Position numbers and translations under genes: made by a program. DNA of 64,000 bases, taken from assembly GCA_021802485.1 (NCBI GenBank), contig JAJZXF010000003.1:1636-65635 (forward strand). Reading direction: 5' to 3'. The stretch is from Actinomycetes bacterium. GTDB taxonomy: Bacteria > Actinomycetota > Acidimicrobiia > Acidimicrobiales > JAJZXF01. Below, one piece after another: positions 62,917 to 64,000 of this stretch (positions are counted from its first letter, which is position 1; every line of letters begins with the position of its first letter). Under the pieces are notes generated by a model. It saw only the letters and a program-made list of their open reading frames with translations, did not search any database and was not told the origin of the DNA.

Positions 62917-64000
62917 AAACTAAAGAAGATGCAGAACCCGGATCATCGTCGCCCGAGGATCATGAACGCACCCGAGACCCGGGGAATACCGCGTCCAGGC
63001 TCGAGCGGATAAGGCACAGCTGTGCCCACGTACTGGCTCAAGCCACGAAAGAGCGGTTCAGCGAGACCGGCACGGTCCATATAGCAACCGGACCTCCCAC
63101 CGAGACCGGGTTTTACTACGACTTCGAACTCCCGAGACCTGTCGTCCCAGAAGACCTCGAATGGATCGACCAGAGGGTAAAGGAGATCCTCTCCGAAGGT
63201 CACGCCTTCGTACGCTCCGAAGTCGACGAGTCCTCAGCGAGGGAGATCTTCGCGAATGAGCCGTTCAAGCAAGAGATCCTCGATGGCATCCTCGCTGGAA
63301 ATCTCGATGACAACGGGGTCCACTCCGATGGGGGCCCGCCAGTGCTCAGCACCTACACCCATAGCAGCTTCGTCGACTTGTGTGCTGGCCCACATGTCGA
63401 CAACACAGATGAGATCTCTCCAGATGCAGTAAAAGTGCTCAACGCAGCCGGAGCGTACTGGCGCGGGGACGAGAAAAGGCCGATGCTCCAGCGCATCTAC
63501 GGCACCGCATGGGAGACGCGAGAAGCGCTAGACCACTTCCTTTGGCAACGCTCCGAGGCCGAGCGCCGCGACCACCGCAAGCTCGGTCGGGAACTCGACA
63601 TGTTCATGTTCGATCAAAGTGCGCCTGGGATGCCGTACTGGCTCCCCAACGGGTTGTGCGTTCTCAACCGCCTGCTCGACTTCTCCCGCACCGAACACGA
63701 GAAGAGGGGTTACCAGGAGGTATCCACTCCGCTCGTAAATGAGAAGTCGTTATGGGAGACGTCGGGTCACTGGGAACACTACGTCGACAACATGTTCGTG
63801 ATCCCGATCGACGAGCACCGCACCTACGGAGTCAAACCGATGAATTGCCCAAGTGCGATGATCATCTTCAACCGACGCACCTGGAGTTACCGAGATCTGC
63901 CATTGCGCCTCTCGGACCTTGACGTGCTGCATCGCCATGAGCGATCGGGGACCCTCCAGGGTCTCCTGCGCGTTCAGAGCTTCCGCCAAGATGATGCCCA
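62913..64000 (+). CDS. thrS: Threonine--tRNA ligase, 5-prime partial in window, apparently lacking the N-terminal TGS domain
   Basis: Not in the ORF track because it runs off the window. The ATG at 62913 overlaps the ligase stop (ATGA). Motifs: RHSCAHVLAQA only 34 aa from the start, GFYYDFEL, AYWRGDEKRPMLQRIYGTAW, RRDHRKLGRELDMF, KPMNCPSAMIIF, FRQDDA. Confidence 0.9.
   Translation, partial: MKTKEDAEPGSSSPEDHERTRDPGNTASRLERIRHSCAHVLAQATKERFSETGTVHIATGPPTETGFYYDFELPRPVVPEDLEWIDQRVKEILSEGHAFVRSEVDESSAREIFANEPFKQEILDGILAGNLDDNGVHSDGGPPVLSTYTHSSFVDLCAGPHVDNTDEISPDAVKVLNAAGAYWRGDEKRPMLQRIYGTAWETREALDHFLWQRSEAERRDHRKLGRELDMFMFDQSAPGMPYWLPNGLCVLNRLLDFSRTEHEKRGYQEVSTPLVNEKSLWETSGHWEHYVDNMFVIPIDEHRTYGVKPMNCPSAMIIFNRRTWSYRDLPLRLSDLDVLHRHERSGTLQGLLRVQSFRQDDA

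Overview
GC-rich, actinobacterium-like chromosomal window. The taxonomic guess is an inference from gene content: menaquinone genes, WXG100 plus FtsK/SpoIIIE secretion genes, and many GTG/TTG starts with 4-nt overlaps. The housekeeping backbone is tyrS, thrS (partial), menD/menH/menA/menB/menE, an SDR, a beta-oxidation-type block (thiolase-like, two acyl-CoA dehydrogenases, acyl-CoA ligase) and a peroxide-stress cluster (Fur/PerR-like, rubrerythrin, HdrD/GlcF-like Fe-S protein, DUF3501). Five accessory blocks stand out. (1) 35.1-42.6 kb: a mobile-looking island between menH and menA. It carries two type II toxin-antitoxin pairs, a frameshifted RadC/JAB-like gene, a transposase relic and a compact three-gene operon: small protein, 732-aa Rad50/SMC-like ATPase with a mid-coil CxxC, and an Mrr-type PD-(D/E)xK nuclease. 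This operon is my best candidate for an undescribed immune system. (2) 5.8-22.9 kb: an atypical type VII-like secretion neighbourhood. It has two WXG100-type proteins, a possible EspG-like protein, a signal-less LysM-CHAP hydrolase, and a 1460-aa ubiquitin-like+FHA+3xFtsK ATPase translationally coupled to an ECF sigma factor and divergent from a Ser/Thr kinase. (3) Four large paralogous secreted Cys-pair/GYW-repeat proteins. One is split at a G8 tract exactly at the signal-peptide junction. (4) 48.4-56.8 kb: an operon of S1 protease, carrier-protein-GNAT fusion, and a [membrane protein + repeat protein] cassette tandemly duplicated 2.x times. It sits behind a promoter whose spacer is a G9 tract and is truncated by an IS3-family element. 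(5) A MoxR-DUF58-transglutaminase-like-FN3 operon in which the transglutaminase catalytic Cys and His appear substituted. No rRNA, tRNA or CRISPR array was found. All family calls rest on motifs read by eye; no database search, GC or codon statistic was computed.
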